A DNA stretch of 64,000 nucleotides from Octopus vulgaris (GCA_951406725.2 OX597831.1:66402001-66466000), one strand, 5' to 3'; shown: positions 1-13,024, numbered from the stretch's first letter. Program-made: numbers and translations. Notes: generated from the letters alone by a model not told the origin.

Positions 1-192
1 AAAATGAACAGGACTCAATTCCCTTCAGGTAAATGACCCTTCTTACGTAGGAAAGTTGTAAGCTAGAATTCCACATGATGTATGCTGTGCAAGCTATGGA
101 CACACTAGAGATGTGGGTGGAATCACTGGAAGGTTAACATGGAAAGTTGAGGTTGTATGCGGAAGATGTGCAGGAGCTAGAAACACTAAGGA
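1..192 (+). mobile_element. Degraded RTE LINE fragment (zinc-finger region of the RT), split by the mariner; resumes at about 1469-1500
   Basis: Aligns by eye with 56341-56520 of the intact RTE (ccttcaggta..gctatggacaca..gaaggttaac..agatgtgcagga) and with 28940-29150. Confidence 0.7.
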
Positions 193-194
193 TA

Positions 195-1466
195 CGAGGG
201 GCGTTCAATAAGTAATGCTCCTGACCCACTTGCAGTTGTTTGATCTAGCTGAAATTTTGCATGTGCAATTATTCATATATCTACAGATTAAGTGGCAAAT
301 TACAGCTCTGAACTTATTGTGGTTTCTGATTTACAGGTGTTTGAACTGAGTCAAGTGTGAAATGGAGCCTGTTGAGTGTCGAGCAGTGATCCGGTTTTTG
401 TATTTGAAAGGACGCACACCACAGGAGACTTATGGTGATGATGCCCCATCATGCGACCTTGTAAAACGATGGCATCGTGGATTCAAACATAGTTGGAACT
501 CTGTGAAAACAGCTCCCAGATCTGGTCACCCCCCCTTCTGCCATTGATGAGGCATCTGTCCGTCAAGTTGAGGCTGCCATTTTGGAAGATCGACGCATAA
601 CTATTCGCGAAATAGCCCATAAGGTCAAGATTAGTACCGGGTCTGTGGAAACTATCATTCATGACCATTTGCATATGCAAAAGGTGTCTGCCAGATGGAT
701 TCCCAGGTTGCTCACACCTTTCCAGAAGCAAGAATGCGTCAAGTGCTTGAGGATGAATTTGGAGATGTGCCAAGAAGATGAGTCAAAATTTTTCAAAAGA
801 CTGATTACACAGGATGAAACCTGGGTCCATCACTATGATCCAGAGACTAAAGCCCAGTCAAAGCAGTGGAAGCACCGTGACTCACCTCCTGCAAAGAAGG
901 CAAGGGTGCAGCCCTCCGCTGGCAAGGTCATGCTCACAGTCTTCTGGGACCAGGACGGAGTAGTGATGACAGATTTCCTGGCAAAGGGTACCACAATTAC
1001 AGGAGCCTATTATGCTTCACTTTTGAGGAAATTAAGAGAAACTATCAAAATCAAGAGGTGGGGCAAGATCAGCAAAGCATCCTCCTCTTGCAGGACAACG
1101 CTCCGGTCCACAACTCGCGTGTCGCCAGATCAGAAGCACAGGTGTGTGGCTATGAATTCCTCCCCCATCCCCCCTACTCTCCTGACCTTGCACCCTCTGA
1201 TTTTCACCTCTTCCCAGTCATGAAGTTGTTTTTGAAAGGAAAGCGTTTCCCAGATGATGCAGCCTTGATTTCTGAAGTCACGTCGTGGTTGGAGGACCAA
1301 ACTGGGGTCTTCTACAAAAACGGTCTCCAGAGCTGCATCAAACGATGGGAGAAATGCGTAACTCTGGGTGGTTCCTATGTAGAAAAAGACTAATAACTTT
1401 GCCAAGTTTCGTTGCTCTACTGCTATGGGAAGTGGGTCAGGGGCATTACTTATTGAATGCCCCTCG
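195..1466 (+). mobile_element. Full-length mariner DNA transposon
   Basis: 36-bp TIRs at 195-230 and 1431-1466 (2 mismatches), TA target duplication at 193-194 and 1467-1468, 1272 bp, internal transposase. Confidence 0.96.
362..1393 (+). pseudogene. Frameshifted DD34D mariner transposase
   Basis: Three ORF pieces (362-547, 582-1223, 1058-1393) carry WIPRLL, ITQDETWVHHY, QDNAPVH and HPPYSPDLAPSD; 34 residues between the 2nd and 3rd Asp. Confidence 0.95.
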
Positions 1467-2140
1467 TACACAGGAAGTATATTTTCTCAGTTATCCTGGA
1501 AGTACTACATGATTTCTGTATATATTCAGTGTCATTCTGGTTTACTGTTTTGCTTGCAGCAGAAGCAGAGGAATTTTCTTAAGGGAAAAAATTTAATTAT
1601 TTCTAAGAATTAGGGTTGTCGTATATTCCCCATACCCAAAGCAGAACCTGTATAAAAGAACATTATTGAGGGAACAAAAAAAAACAAAACAAAAAAAAAC
1701 AAAGAGATTATTTCCATTTGAGAAAGTGGACTCTTTCAGTGATCCTAGTACAGAATATGAATTGACGAAATCTGTACTATTTCGAAAAGGAAGGGTAAAA
1801 CAAAAAGCGCACATGTAGCAAAAGGAACATGCGGTCTTATAATACTTATGTCTCACATAGTAATGAAAAAGAAAATACTTTTAGTGCCACTCAAAGAGAA
1901 ACAATTGATGGTGGGTCAGTGGATAAAGCATTTATTTGTGAGAAAGTTAAGTCACTTTATTAAGAGCTTGAGAAAAATACTTTTAACTACAGTGTTGCAA
2001 GAGATATAAAGTCAATAGAAATCAAAGCTAACGAGGTTTGGTTTGATTCTTTTAAAGATATTCAACTATTCAGTGTTGTGAGGTACATCAAGGTTGCTAA
2101 CTCAAGTTACTAGATGCCATGCTGATTTTCGAGAGCTTAA

Positions 2141-2560
2141 CCATCCGAACGTGGCCGTTGCCAGCGTCACCCTGACTGGCCTCCGTGCTGGTGGCACGTA
2201 AAAAGCACCAACTGATCGTGGCCATTTGCCAGCCTCGCCTGGCCCCCGTGCTGGTGGCACGTAAAAAGCACCATCCGATCGTGGCCGTTTGCCAGCCTCG
2301 TCTGGCCCCCGTGCTGGTGGTACGTAAAAAGCACCATCCGATCGTGGCCGTTTGCCAGCCTCGTCTGGCACCTGTGCAGGTGGCACATAAAAAGCATCCA
2401 CTACACTCACGGAGAGGTTGGTGTTAGGAAGGGCATCCAGCCGTAGAAACACTGCCAGATCAGACTGGGGCCTGGTGCAGCCTTCTGGCTTCCCAGATCC
2501 CGGTCGAACCGTCCAACCCATGCTAGCATGGAAAGCGGATGTTAAACGATGATGATGATG
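2141..2560 (+). mobile_element. 5'-truncated RTE 3' UTR with four 63-bp tandem modules and (GAT)n tail
   Basis: Homologous to 57470-57758 downstream of the intact RTE ORF. Confidence 0.88.
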
Positions 2561-3216
2561 TGAAGGTGATTAATCCCTGTTCTTAGTAGTGTGCAAAACC
2601 TTTCATGGAACTGGCCCTTTCTGTAAAAATAAAATTCAGCTGAACTACCTACTCATTGAATTAACATTCAAGTAGCTGTGTATTCCAGGGACAGACACAG
2701 TAGAGCAGAGTGTATGACAAGACTGGATCTTTGTATAAAAAGTGCAATCCATCAAATGTATTTCTGCACCGTTTCCATTCATCTAATTTCAATCACAAAA
2801 CTTGGAGTCAATGAGAGGCAAGATATGGCAAAAGACACATGCCCCAGATGCAATTGTACTGGAATAATGTGATTTCAAGATAGACTTCTAAACTATCTGG
2901 CCATACTGTGTCTATTTATATGTATGTTTATACAAATGTATATAAACTGATGTGGATTCTTCAAATCCAATCTATTAGTGGCATGGTGAAGATCTGTAAG
3001 ACATTCCAAAAATTCTCCATCTGAGATTCTAATGTGAACAGATGCACACACTTGGGTGGATGCATTGATAGTTCAACCAACACATCCACTCAACCACAGA
3101 TTCACAAATACTGGGAACACTCTTAATTCAAAAAGTCTTGTCATTTTGTTGGTGACGGGCTTCAATTCCCTCAAGAACTTAAATAAAATTCAAAGAAAAA
3201 TATATTTTATTCATAT

Positions 3217-3370
3217 TTGGCGTTAGGAAGGGCATCCAGCTGTAGAAACACAGCCAAATCCGACTAGAGCCTGGTGCAGCCTCCATGGCTTACCAGACCC
3301 CGGTCGAACCGTCCAACCCATGCTAGCATGGAAAACAGACGTTAAATGATGATGATGATGATGATGATGA
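3217..3370 (+). mobile_element. Short RTE 3' terminus
   Basis: ggcgttaggaagggcatccagc...ccaacccatgctagcatggaaa...(gat)n. Confidence 0.85.
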
Positions 3371-4429
3371 TTAGCAGAAGGAACAGAGTGCCTCAAAGGC
3401 TGAGAGTTTCATGCATTAGCACTCAACAAACTAGTTACAAACCAAGGGGCTATTAATTTATATACCAGTGATAATGATATTTCCCTGGATAGTTCTAGAA
3501 CAAATTATAAAAACAATTACAATGTTACATGGATAATTCTTATTTTTCAAATAGTTTGCCTGTTATGCTGTTCCATAAATAAATACAGAAACAAATAAGG
3601 AAAATGTATACATACCTACACACAGTGTATGTAAGTATGTATACGAGAGTGCTGGTGAATATAAACACAATATGCATGTATATCTTCATGCTTGTGCATG
3701 CATGATTATGCATTCAAACATACACACACAGAGATAATTCTACAAAGCAAAACAAGGGTATATACACCAACCACTTTACAGAGTGTACTGGGTACTTTTT
3801 TCATAACACCAACATCAGTGGTGATTGCCTCCTAGCTTACAAGACTAAAGCCCTCATGTGACTCCTGTAATTGAGTGAAGGAGAACAGAAGACTGGGAGA
3901 AATGAAGGATGGTAAGAAAAAGGAGAAAATGGGGAAGCATGGTAAGGAATTGTAGAAAGAAGGACTAGATTAAAAAAGAAATTTGAAAAGGTGATAAGAT
4001 GGATTGTGAAACATGGAGTTAAGAACAATCCAATATTATAAGAAATGGGCAATAAACCTATGTAGGGAGGAATCCTGAAAGAGTCAATGAAGGAAAGAAA
4101 GGTGTGAAGAGGAAATTGCAGGTAAATAAGAGGAGAAAATGGGAAATAGTGTTGAAGTGGTAGAAAAACTGTTGGGGAGAAGGCAGTAAAAGAAAAGAAG
4201 AAAGAGGGGCAAGAAGTAGATTCTGGAGAGTACCAAAGCGATAGGAGAGAGAAGAAGAGTAGAGTGTGAATCCCAGGAAAGCATTGTAGATGGAAAAGTA
4301 GTTGTGAGAAGAGTGGGTGGGTGCAGCAAGAGAAAGAAAGGCTAGAGAGCATATTAGAGATGTAGGGGTAGAATTGTTGACTGTCGTTTGATCTGAGAAG
4401 GTGTTTTGTTCCAAAATTGATGTATATTG

Positions 4430-6667
4430 TTCCTTGGCTGTATCAGAGGCATCAATTGTGAGTGCAGTCAATGCTGAGGATGGGAGAGCATGATGGCTGT
4501 AGCAAGATCTTCTTTTGTGGATTTGAAGGCTGAGGTGATTGCACTGTCCCACACCAACTGTTTTTCTTTTAACTTTCTCCTGGTAGCAATTTGTACAGGG
4601 GTCTCATCAATCTTGCCACAGAGGGGATGAAACAATGATAAAAGTTTACCATACCCACAAAATGGTGGAGAGCCTCGCTTATGGTGGGACATAGAAAGAA
4701 CAGGATAGTTTTTACTTTTTCTGTAGTGTCAGCACCTGTGATTCAATGTCCAAGAAAGTCTGATTTCCTTAATGCCAAAGACACATTTGATGGGATTGAC
4801 TACCAAACTATATTGCTCCAGTCTATCAAAAAGAGTGACTAGGCACTTTTTGTGTAGTTCTGCAGTTTGGTTTGCGATAAGGATGTTATCTAGGTATGTG
4901 AAGACAAAATTTAGATCCATACCCATGTTGTCCATCAAGCATTGAACAGATTATGCTGTGTTGGCTAAAGGGTGTACGTAGAACTTTGTACAGTCCAAAA
5001 GGAGTGATCATGGCAGTTTTAGGAACATAATCATATCATATTATACAGGTATTTGGTGGTAACCTTATACGAGGTCGACCCTCGAGAAATCTGAGAACCT
5101 GGCTAACTAGGCTGAGAAGTTCTGTATATTTGGAATTGTGGTCAGGTGCTGTTTGTGCTGAGATGGCGATAATCTCCACAAAGCCATCAACCTCCTTTAG
5201 GTTTAGGTGCCACATGTAGAAGTAATGGCCAGGGACTGAGCCTTCACAATAGCAAATTTGTCTGGTGGTAGATGACGCACATGGCTGTGTACTGTAATGG
5301 GGATGTGGTGTTTCACTCCATGGTGGACTGTGTATTTGGAGAATGTCAGGGTAGTGAGGTTCATGTGGTTCACAAGAAGGTCTGAGAACTTGTTCTTAGT
5401 CTGAGAGATGGCCACTATGCAAGGGGCGGCAAGTGCAGATGTTGCCAGAGAAACAGAGGCGTAAGTATTGCTGAGTCATTTCCCCTGAAGATCAACCAGC
5501 AGCGAGTGGACTTGAAGAAAGTGTGCATCAATAATAGGCCGATGAATATCAGCAATGGTGAACACTCATCTAAACACATGTGAGTCAATGCAAAGGAAGA
5601 GAATGTAGCATCCATACACTTTGGCGAGAATGTGGTGTCCATACACTGCTAAGGTCAGCCTCACTCTCTGTAACAGAGATCCCTTTACAGATACTGGGAT
5701 CATACGGACTTTTGCTCCTGTGTTGATTAAGAATCTTCGTCCAGAGCCCTGATCATGGACATACAGGAGCCGCTGATCGTGTTTGCACCATGGTGTTTAA
5801 CAGCGGCCAAACCTGGAGTTTCACAAAGCTGATGACAAAGTGCTCGAAGCTGCATGGTTGTTTACATTTGGTAGCCCTTGCTCTGAGATTCTTGCGAAAA
5901 ATACAGATCATCTTATGAAACCTCACTATGTCTCGGGGCTGACCTTATGGCACCAATCAAACAAAAATACTTGTCAGCCACTTTTGCTAACTCAGTCTGA
6001 GATATGAGGGACTGGACCTGGGGTGGCAATTCACAGAGTAATATCTCCCTAAATAAAAAAGGTGACTCATCAGGGAGCACTAATGCTAGCATCCTGTCCA
6101 TTAGTTTGGAAGGCTTGGAATCACCTAATCCCTCTGTATCTAGTATCTTGGCTGCAACTTCCCAGTTACTAAGCCGGAAATGTTTCCACAAGTCTGTTTG
6201 TTAAAGTCTCGTATTTGTGAGTAGCTGGTGGCTGGGTTAAGATATCTAGCATCCTTGTTGTTGTGTCCTCATCCAGGGCTGCTGTTGTTACATGGGAATA
6301 TTTTGTCAGGTCCAAGGTGATCTTCCTGATGTTGAACTGTGCCTCCTCAACTCATGCAAATTATAACTCGGCCTGCTTTGGCCAGATTGCAGGAGCTTCA
6401 GTGTGATGGCGTTCTCGCTCGCCATGATTGCGTGTTTTCTATTTCAGGGCCACCACTTACAGCTTTTGTTAAGCTATACTGAAAAATAACAACAAACAAG
6501 AGTGTGTTGTTTATGTCAATCATCAATAACACTCAGCCATTTCAGCTCAGGTTTTGTTTGCTATCCTAACCCTAACCCAGAAGTCCCTTCTCTGTGGACT
6601 AACTAGTCTGCAGTGAAAGTCCTTGTTTATAGTTTGTTTCTTACAAGTACATAGCTAATGCCCTACA
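4430..6667 (-). mobile_element. Decayed Gypsy LTR retrotransposon (gag-protease-RT-RNase H; probable 5' LTR at about 6460-6667)
   Basis: Minus-strand fragments: gag-like LGDSKPSKLMDRMLAL, protease-like LINTGA, RT FTYLDNILIA, RNase H TIDASDTA; PBS-like tggtggccctg near 6445-6455. Confidence 0.82.
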
Positions 6668-6718
6668 CTACCATTGACAGTAAGGTGATATCAACTATTA
6701 CACATATGTATACACACA

Positions 6719-9320
6719 TGTTTTTACAACATCTGGCGATGAGGGTTTCGAATCTCATGTAGGTTATTTAACAATTTGTTCATGATACAACTTGTTAAAT
6801 AATGGAAGTCCTATTAACTTGCATAGTTCAGTTGCAAAAGCAACAACAAGAGCAGCAACAGGAGTTGCAGAAGCAACTATTACAGCAACAACTACAACAA
6901 TAATTATTTAAACTATATTCAAATAAGTCCAAAAATGAGATAAATTCACTTTCACCAGATGGCATTTCAAACTCGATTAATGAATTCGGTTATAACCCAG
7001 AGGATGGCATAACTTTTGCATCGTACTACAAAAGGTATGAGGAGACGTTTAAGCAAGATTGCAAATCATGGTTGGACAAACAAAAAGTGAGATCGTTATT
7101 GTGAAAATTAGCTCCATCAGAGCATGAACGTTACTGTAATTTCATATTGTCAAAAAAACCCAATGAAATTTGTTTTAAAGAAACAACAGAACTACTGTCT
7201 AACATATTCGGTGATAAAACCTCTCTATTTAACACTTGAATGAAGTGTTGGAATATAATGAAAAAAAGAGAGTGATGATTTTATCACATATGTAGGAACA
7301 GTCAACAGGATGTGTGAAAGTTTTAAAGTCAAAGAGTTTACACCTGAGATGTTCAAGTGTCTTATTTTCATACAAGGCCTTACAGCAAATAAAGATACAG
7401 AAATTCAGGCAAGAATTCTTTCTAAATTTGAACAAGCAAACCAAGATCTAATCTTACAGTCCATGGCAGAAGAATGGCAAAGGATGGTAAACCTGAAACA
7501 CAATATAGAAAAAAATTCAAGAAAAGGATTCCTCAAAAATACAGATATGTCAACCAGAAAAGTACAACCGAAAAAGAGTGCCACATCCTAATCCATGTTA
7601 TGGATGTAGGGGCATGCATTTCAGAAAAGACTGTCTGTTTAAAAATCAAAAATGTTACAGTTGCAAAAGAACTGGTCACAAGAGTTCACACTGCAGAACA
7701 AAATAACGAAGGGCAAGCATTAAAAATCCTAGAGTGCTCTCAGCAGAAAGAAAAATTGACTCCCAAATAATAAAATTCGTACATGTAAAAATAGATGGAA
7801 TATATATCAAACTTCAATTGGATACTGGAAGTGATATTTCAATAATAAATATAGACATGTGAAAGAAAATAGGGAAACTTGAGAAAAGCAGCAAAATCTG
7901 CTCATGACAGGCAACAAATTACATTTCATAGGTGAAATGTGAACTAATGTCAGATCTCAAGGGAAAAGACTTCATCATTAAAAATGCAACCAATCTGTTT
8001 GGTACCAATAGATTCATAAATCTTTATTGTAAAAACATAAATGGTTGTCCCTCTAAAAATAATTCGTCTGAAGAGTTAAAGAGAAAATATAAAAAAAAAC
8101 AGTGTTTCCGCAAGTACTCTAGGACAAACAGGCCTATGCACAAAGACTGAAGTCTGTTTTGGATTAGATGATAACGTTACACCTGTGTTCAAGCCGAATA
8201 GGTAAGTGCCTTTTGCAGTAATAAAGTGGATGAAGAGTTGGACAGATTGGAAAAAAAAGTGGATTATGCAAAATGGACCTCTTTATCCCACCCTTCCACC
8301 CAAGGTCAAGAGGGCAGGTGAAAAGATTTGTCGACACATTCAAAAGAGCTCTAAGAAAAGCTAGAAATGAGCTAATGACGAGACACTAACGAAATTTTTG
8401 AGAGTATATAGAATAACACCAAATCCAAATATTAACTCAGGAAAGTCACCAGCAGAGTTTATGTTCAACCATGAAATAAAATTGATCTTAAATAAATTGT
8501 TAGGAAAAAGTATATAAAAAGGAAAGACAAAAAATACATTTGAAGGAAATACAAGAAATATTACAAAACTTTTCGAAGTAGGAGATAAAGTTCATTTTCA
8601 AAATTACAAAAGTGGTAAAGAAGGCTGTGTAATCAATAGAGTAGGTAACATGATGTATTTAATTAAAGAACAATATTTGGAACATAAGAGACACCTTAAC
8701 CAGTTAAAGATGAGACATACAGAAGAACGAAAGGTAATACCAATGGAAGTCTGCTATGATATGTTTGAAGTGCCAGCACTGAGAGATACTGAACCCCATA
8801 CAACTAGCTTCAGAAAATGAAAACAGACTGAATAAGTGGAAGTAATACCTAAACAAAAAAGATACTAAATTTTCAAAAAAAAAGTGCTTAGTACAACAAA
8901 AAGAAAAAGTGCTGTGTGCAACGAACAACATTACCTTAAAAGTCGGAAGAAAATTAAGATAGAACAGCTAAAAAAAATGATAGGGAGATGTGCTGGAAAA
9001 AATTAAAAATAAAAGAAATAACACTTTCCCACAGTAGTTGAAATCTCAAAAGGAGAGATGTTGTGCTGAGAGTTACAACGCCCCCTTGCGAGAGATAGAC
9101 TGGTCCAAGTAAAGTATAAACAGTAATGATTTGAGTGAGTTCAAGAGTTCAGAGTTGAGTGAAGTTTGCGTAAGATTGCAGTGAGGCCAGAAGGTATAGG
9201 TTGGTTAGTTCAGAAGGAATACTGATTGTTGGTTCATAAAGAGATTTGTTAGTTCGTTACATTGTTTTTACTGTTGTCTAGTTATCTTATTTATTTTATG
9301 TAACAAATTACATTACAACA
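6719..9320 (+). mobile_element. Decayed, internally deleted Gypsy element with 3' LTR 9059-9320
   Basis: PBS-like tggcgatgag at 6734; gag with Cys/His zinc knuckles at about 7595-7695; protease LQLDTGSD at about 7812; integrase tail RFVDTFKRAL; polypurine tract before the TG..CA LTR. Confidence 0.87.
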
Positions 9321-9589
9321 ATATGTATTCATGTATGTGTGTGCATATCTTAGAAAGAAAGAATGAACAAGTTTTGCATGTTCATTCTTTCTTTTTAATA
9401 TATATCTAACAGCTCAATGATGAACCACTTATAGCCATTCTTTGCTAGGCTCTTCTTTACTACCTTTGTTTTAGTTGTAGTTCAAGCCAGAGTTTTAGTG
9501 GTAAACCAACATAAACACTTATAGAACACGAGCAGAGATACTCGGCATTGCTCGTGTCACATGGAATTGAAGAATTAGACTTTTCTTTT

Positions 9590-11422
9590 ATATATTTTTT
9601 TTTAATGAACTGGAATACCTATGATTTGAATTTCATCAAAATTGGAGATTAAGAATTTTAATGAGGGGTCTTTCCCTCTTTACACATCCTAACAAAAATT
9701 CTAATCATGACATATTTATCCCATACTGCTCGTCTTTATGCCTAAATTCCAAAATCGAAATTTTAAATAACTTATTCAAAGGTTTTTGCTCCTGAAAAAT
9801 GGAGCACATGGAGCTCTAAAATGTGGGAGTTAAGGCCCCTATTAGCGGTGATGGTGGTGGTGGGGGTCTTTAAGTCAACCAGAGAAGTTTAATTGTTCGG
9901 AATCTTTTTTAACTTGTGTCTTATATCTATTATTCAAATTTCTTTCAAATCAGAAATATATGAATGTTCACTGGGTTTGCAAAAGAGAACAAAGCTACAG
10001 GAAACCAAAAGACGAATGATCACAATAAGCAGTCAGCTACACTACCCTAGTCATTACCACTCCCCAATGTAGGATTCCTCACCATACAGGTGATTGGCAC
10101 AGCCATAAGATGCATTACGGATCTACAGCAATTGAAAGGGTGTGACCCAACTCAGATAAACATTAACAACTGTGTGACATGAGGGCTAAGGGGAAATGAA
10201 AGTTTCACCTCTGGAGTTTGCCAATGATCACTATGCCGACAGGTAACTGAACAGAATAAATTTGTAATCTATAAATCTCTTTGAATGACCAATCACTTAT
10301 CTGGAAGTCTTGAAATCAATGTTACCATCTGGGGACTATCTCTGACCCAGTGATATTAAAAAGACTCAAAGGAGGTCTGCAATGGCGTAGTGGTTAAGAG
10401 TGTGGGCTACTAACCCCAAGATCCAAGTCTCATTCCAGGCAGTGACCTGAATAATAATAATAACATTGATAAATACCTTAGGAATGAGAACCCAGGTTCA
10501 GAATTTCCCCAAGACAAATAACTTTACTTGAAATAACACTTTACAACTGAATCAGTGGAGGCAAAGATGCCTCTCCTTTACTTGACAATTTATGCACCAC
10601 ATTGCAGAAATCACAATCTAAATATATCTCAAAGTAAATTCTTACATTGTTGCACCATTGAATTACAAATAATGCTCATCTTGTTTGCTCGGGTGACTCT
10701 CTACTGCTTCCAAGAGTACAACTGAATTCGTCTTGGCTTAGGAAAAGAATGACTAAATAGTGGTGGGGTTAAGCCCCATTAAGGGGTCTTACTAATTCCT
10801 AAGTAATTGGAATTTTAGGAATATTACTTCATTTGTGTCTAATATCTATGGTTAAAATTTCATCAACAGCAAAAATATATGAATTTTCATGGGGGTTATG
10901 GCTTCATTTATGGCCCCTCACTTTCAAACATATATTGTATTACATCTGTTCTTATGCATAGAATATAGTTTCCAAATTTCATAAAGATCTATTCAGTACT
11001 TTTGACCTAGTTTTGGATCATAAAAAATGACTAAAATTTGGGAATTAAGGCCCCCATTAGAATCCTCATGAGAAACAGATACTTAAGGGAGACTCCTTGA
11101 TATGTGTCAATTACCTATGGTTGAAATTTCATCAACATCAGAAATTTATGAATTTTCATGGGGGGTTCTGCCCCTTTTAAGCCACCTCAAATTCAAACCA
11201 AACATACTGCATTATAACCACCTGCATTGAATCTAAGTTCCAAATATCATAAGGATCCATTCAGGAATTTTGGTCCATGAAATTGTATAAAACATATGGC
11301 ATTACCCTTCTCCCTAGGCTTGGATTTTGTGTTCCAAATTTCATTAGGATCAGTGCAGTAGTTTTCAAGTGTATATGTAACATACAAACACACATAAAGA
11401 CACTGACTTTCATATAATAGAT
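9590..11422. repeat. Degenerate internally repetitive element (recurring aaatttcatcaa / ggcccc(c)att units), possibly Helitron-derived
   Basis: Similar blocks near 9630, 9830-9970, 10760-10990 and 11030-11350; ends in a CA-rich segment + tataatagat like the Helitrons below. Confidence 0.45.
10372..10516 (+). mobile_element. tRNA-derived head of the element also found at 48045-48290 (truncated just before its hammerhead)
   Basis: A-box-like ggcgtagtggttaagag, ggctactaacccc, ccaggcagtg, gaacccagg shared with 48045-48200. Confidence 0.7.
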
Positions 11423-11539
11423 ATACATATGCACATATGTATGTGTGTGTGTATCATATATATATATATATATATATACAGAAAGATAGATTAATAGATA
11501 CAATTGAGAGGGCAAACAGAAATATGAGACACTGCCTTG

Positions 11540-11862
11540 AAGAATTTTTTTGTTAAACGAATCAACCCCAGTGCTTTCTTCTTTTATTTTAATAAGCATG
11601 GTACTTATTCTATCAGTGTCTTCTTATCAAACCAGTAAGTTATGGGGATGAGGGAGAAACACAAACACACACACATACATTTACATATATACATATATAT
11701 ATATAATGGATTTCTTTCAGTTTCTGTCTACCAAATCCACTAACAAGGCTTTGATTGGTCTAAGGCTGTGGCAGAAAACACATGCCAAGTTACCATACAG
11801 TGGGACTGAACCCAGGACCATGTGCTTTGGAACCAAGTTTCTTACCACACAGCCACACCTGC
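11540..11862 (-). mobile_element. tRNA-derived SINE (family of 16957-17385)
   Basis: Reverse complement of head gcagg.gtggctgtgtggtaag...ggttcagtcccact; internal TA/CA microsatellite. Confidence 0.8.
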
Positions 11863-12785
11863 ACACACATATATATATATATGTATATATATATGTATGT
11901 ATATATATATGTGAATATATATACATATATACATATATTTATACATATATACACATACGTATATATATATACACATATATATATACATACATATAAACAT
12001 ATAAATCTATATATATATGTACATGTATGAGTTTATTAATTTGAATGTGGGACAGCGAATTTCCAAATCTATCAGGCACACACCCTTCAGCATTACATGC
12101 ATTCCAATATGAAAAATACACACTGTGCATTCCACATCAGCATATCATGCAGTGGGGTGATGATTATAATACATTTATATATATATATATATCTATACAG
12201 AAATATATAAAATATATAATAATAAAAATTAATAACAGCTCAGTTATTGGGATTCCAATCAATAGATTTGTGGGTATTCCATTCCAGATAATGCAAAAAG
12301 AATATAACAAGTATGTATGATGGAAAATTCGTGGTATTTATATGCACATCAAGAAATAATACTTATGGATAAAACTAGTACAATAGCAGGGCATAAAATA
12401 TATTACCTTAATTTACCATTACTTAAGTTAAAATTATAATTAGAAAAGAACTACATGTTAAATTAAAAATTAAGCGTTAAATTAAAAATTAAGAAAATAA
12501 ACTTTACAAAATTAAAAATTATAAATATAAATTAGCATACATATATCAAACTTAACATGTCCAATATAAAATCATAAAATTATAAATCAGAATGAAGATG
12601 TCTGTGATTAAATGTAAGTGAATATAGCAGAGTACTATGGGAATTTATAGGTGGTTAGTTCTAAGGGGGGTAATCCCACTATGCAAAGTTTAAATTATCT
12701 GCTTCTATTATATTCTATCCAACTATTTTGAGGGATATATATAATTTGTTATAATGTAATATTTCATATTTAATTAATTAATTTA

Positions 12786-12835
<50 letters not shown>

Positions 12836-12838
<3 letters not shown>

Positions 12839-13022
12839 AGAGTTTACGAAAAAAACAAAAGACGAAGACAGGTGGTGTACAAAACAAACAGATGTATTAG
12901 TAAAACGCTCAGAAATAGAAAAAGTCTTTTACGTTTTGAGCCTACGCTCTTCTACAGAAAGGGACACAGAAAAGAGAAGGAGAGAAACAAGGAGAGAAAA
13001 AAATGTGTGTAGTGGCTAACAA

Positions 13023-13024
<2 letters not shown>
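12836..13024 (-). mobile_element. About 190-bp element inside (TA)n with hammerhead-like motif (copy 1)
   Basis: Similar to 23494-23685 and 43469-43658; flanked by TA runs. Confidence 0.8.

Noticed and set aside
1593-1660. Good minus-strand acceptor (tttatacag) as a possible host exon
   Set aside because: All frames stop quickly and give no recognisable domain continuation
2141-2400. CRISPR-like array of palindromic repeats at regular spacing
   Set aside because: Intervening sequences are homologous to each other, the context is eukaryotic with no cas genes, and the array is part of a LINE 3' UTR
3837-4430. 171-aa and 164-aa minus-strand ORFs
   Set aside because: Pyrimidine-rich low-complexity sequence, probably decayed retroelement; no domain support beyond the adjacent RNase H remnant
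9354-9394. Perfect 16-bp-arm hairpin (also hairpin 35883-35940 and short tandem duplications near 21590 and 36330)
   Set aside because: Isolated local events or transposon remnants with no evidence of function
10641-10740. Candidate next host exon on minus
   Set aside because: Stop codon in the required phase-0 frame and no RRM C-terminal similarity
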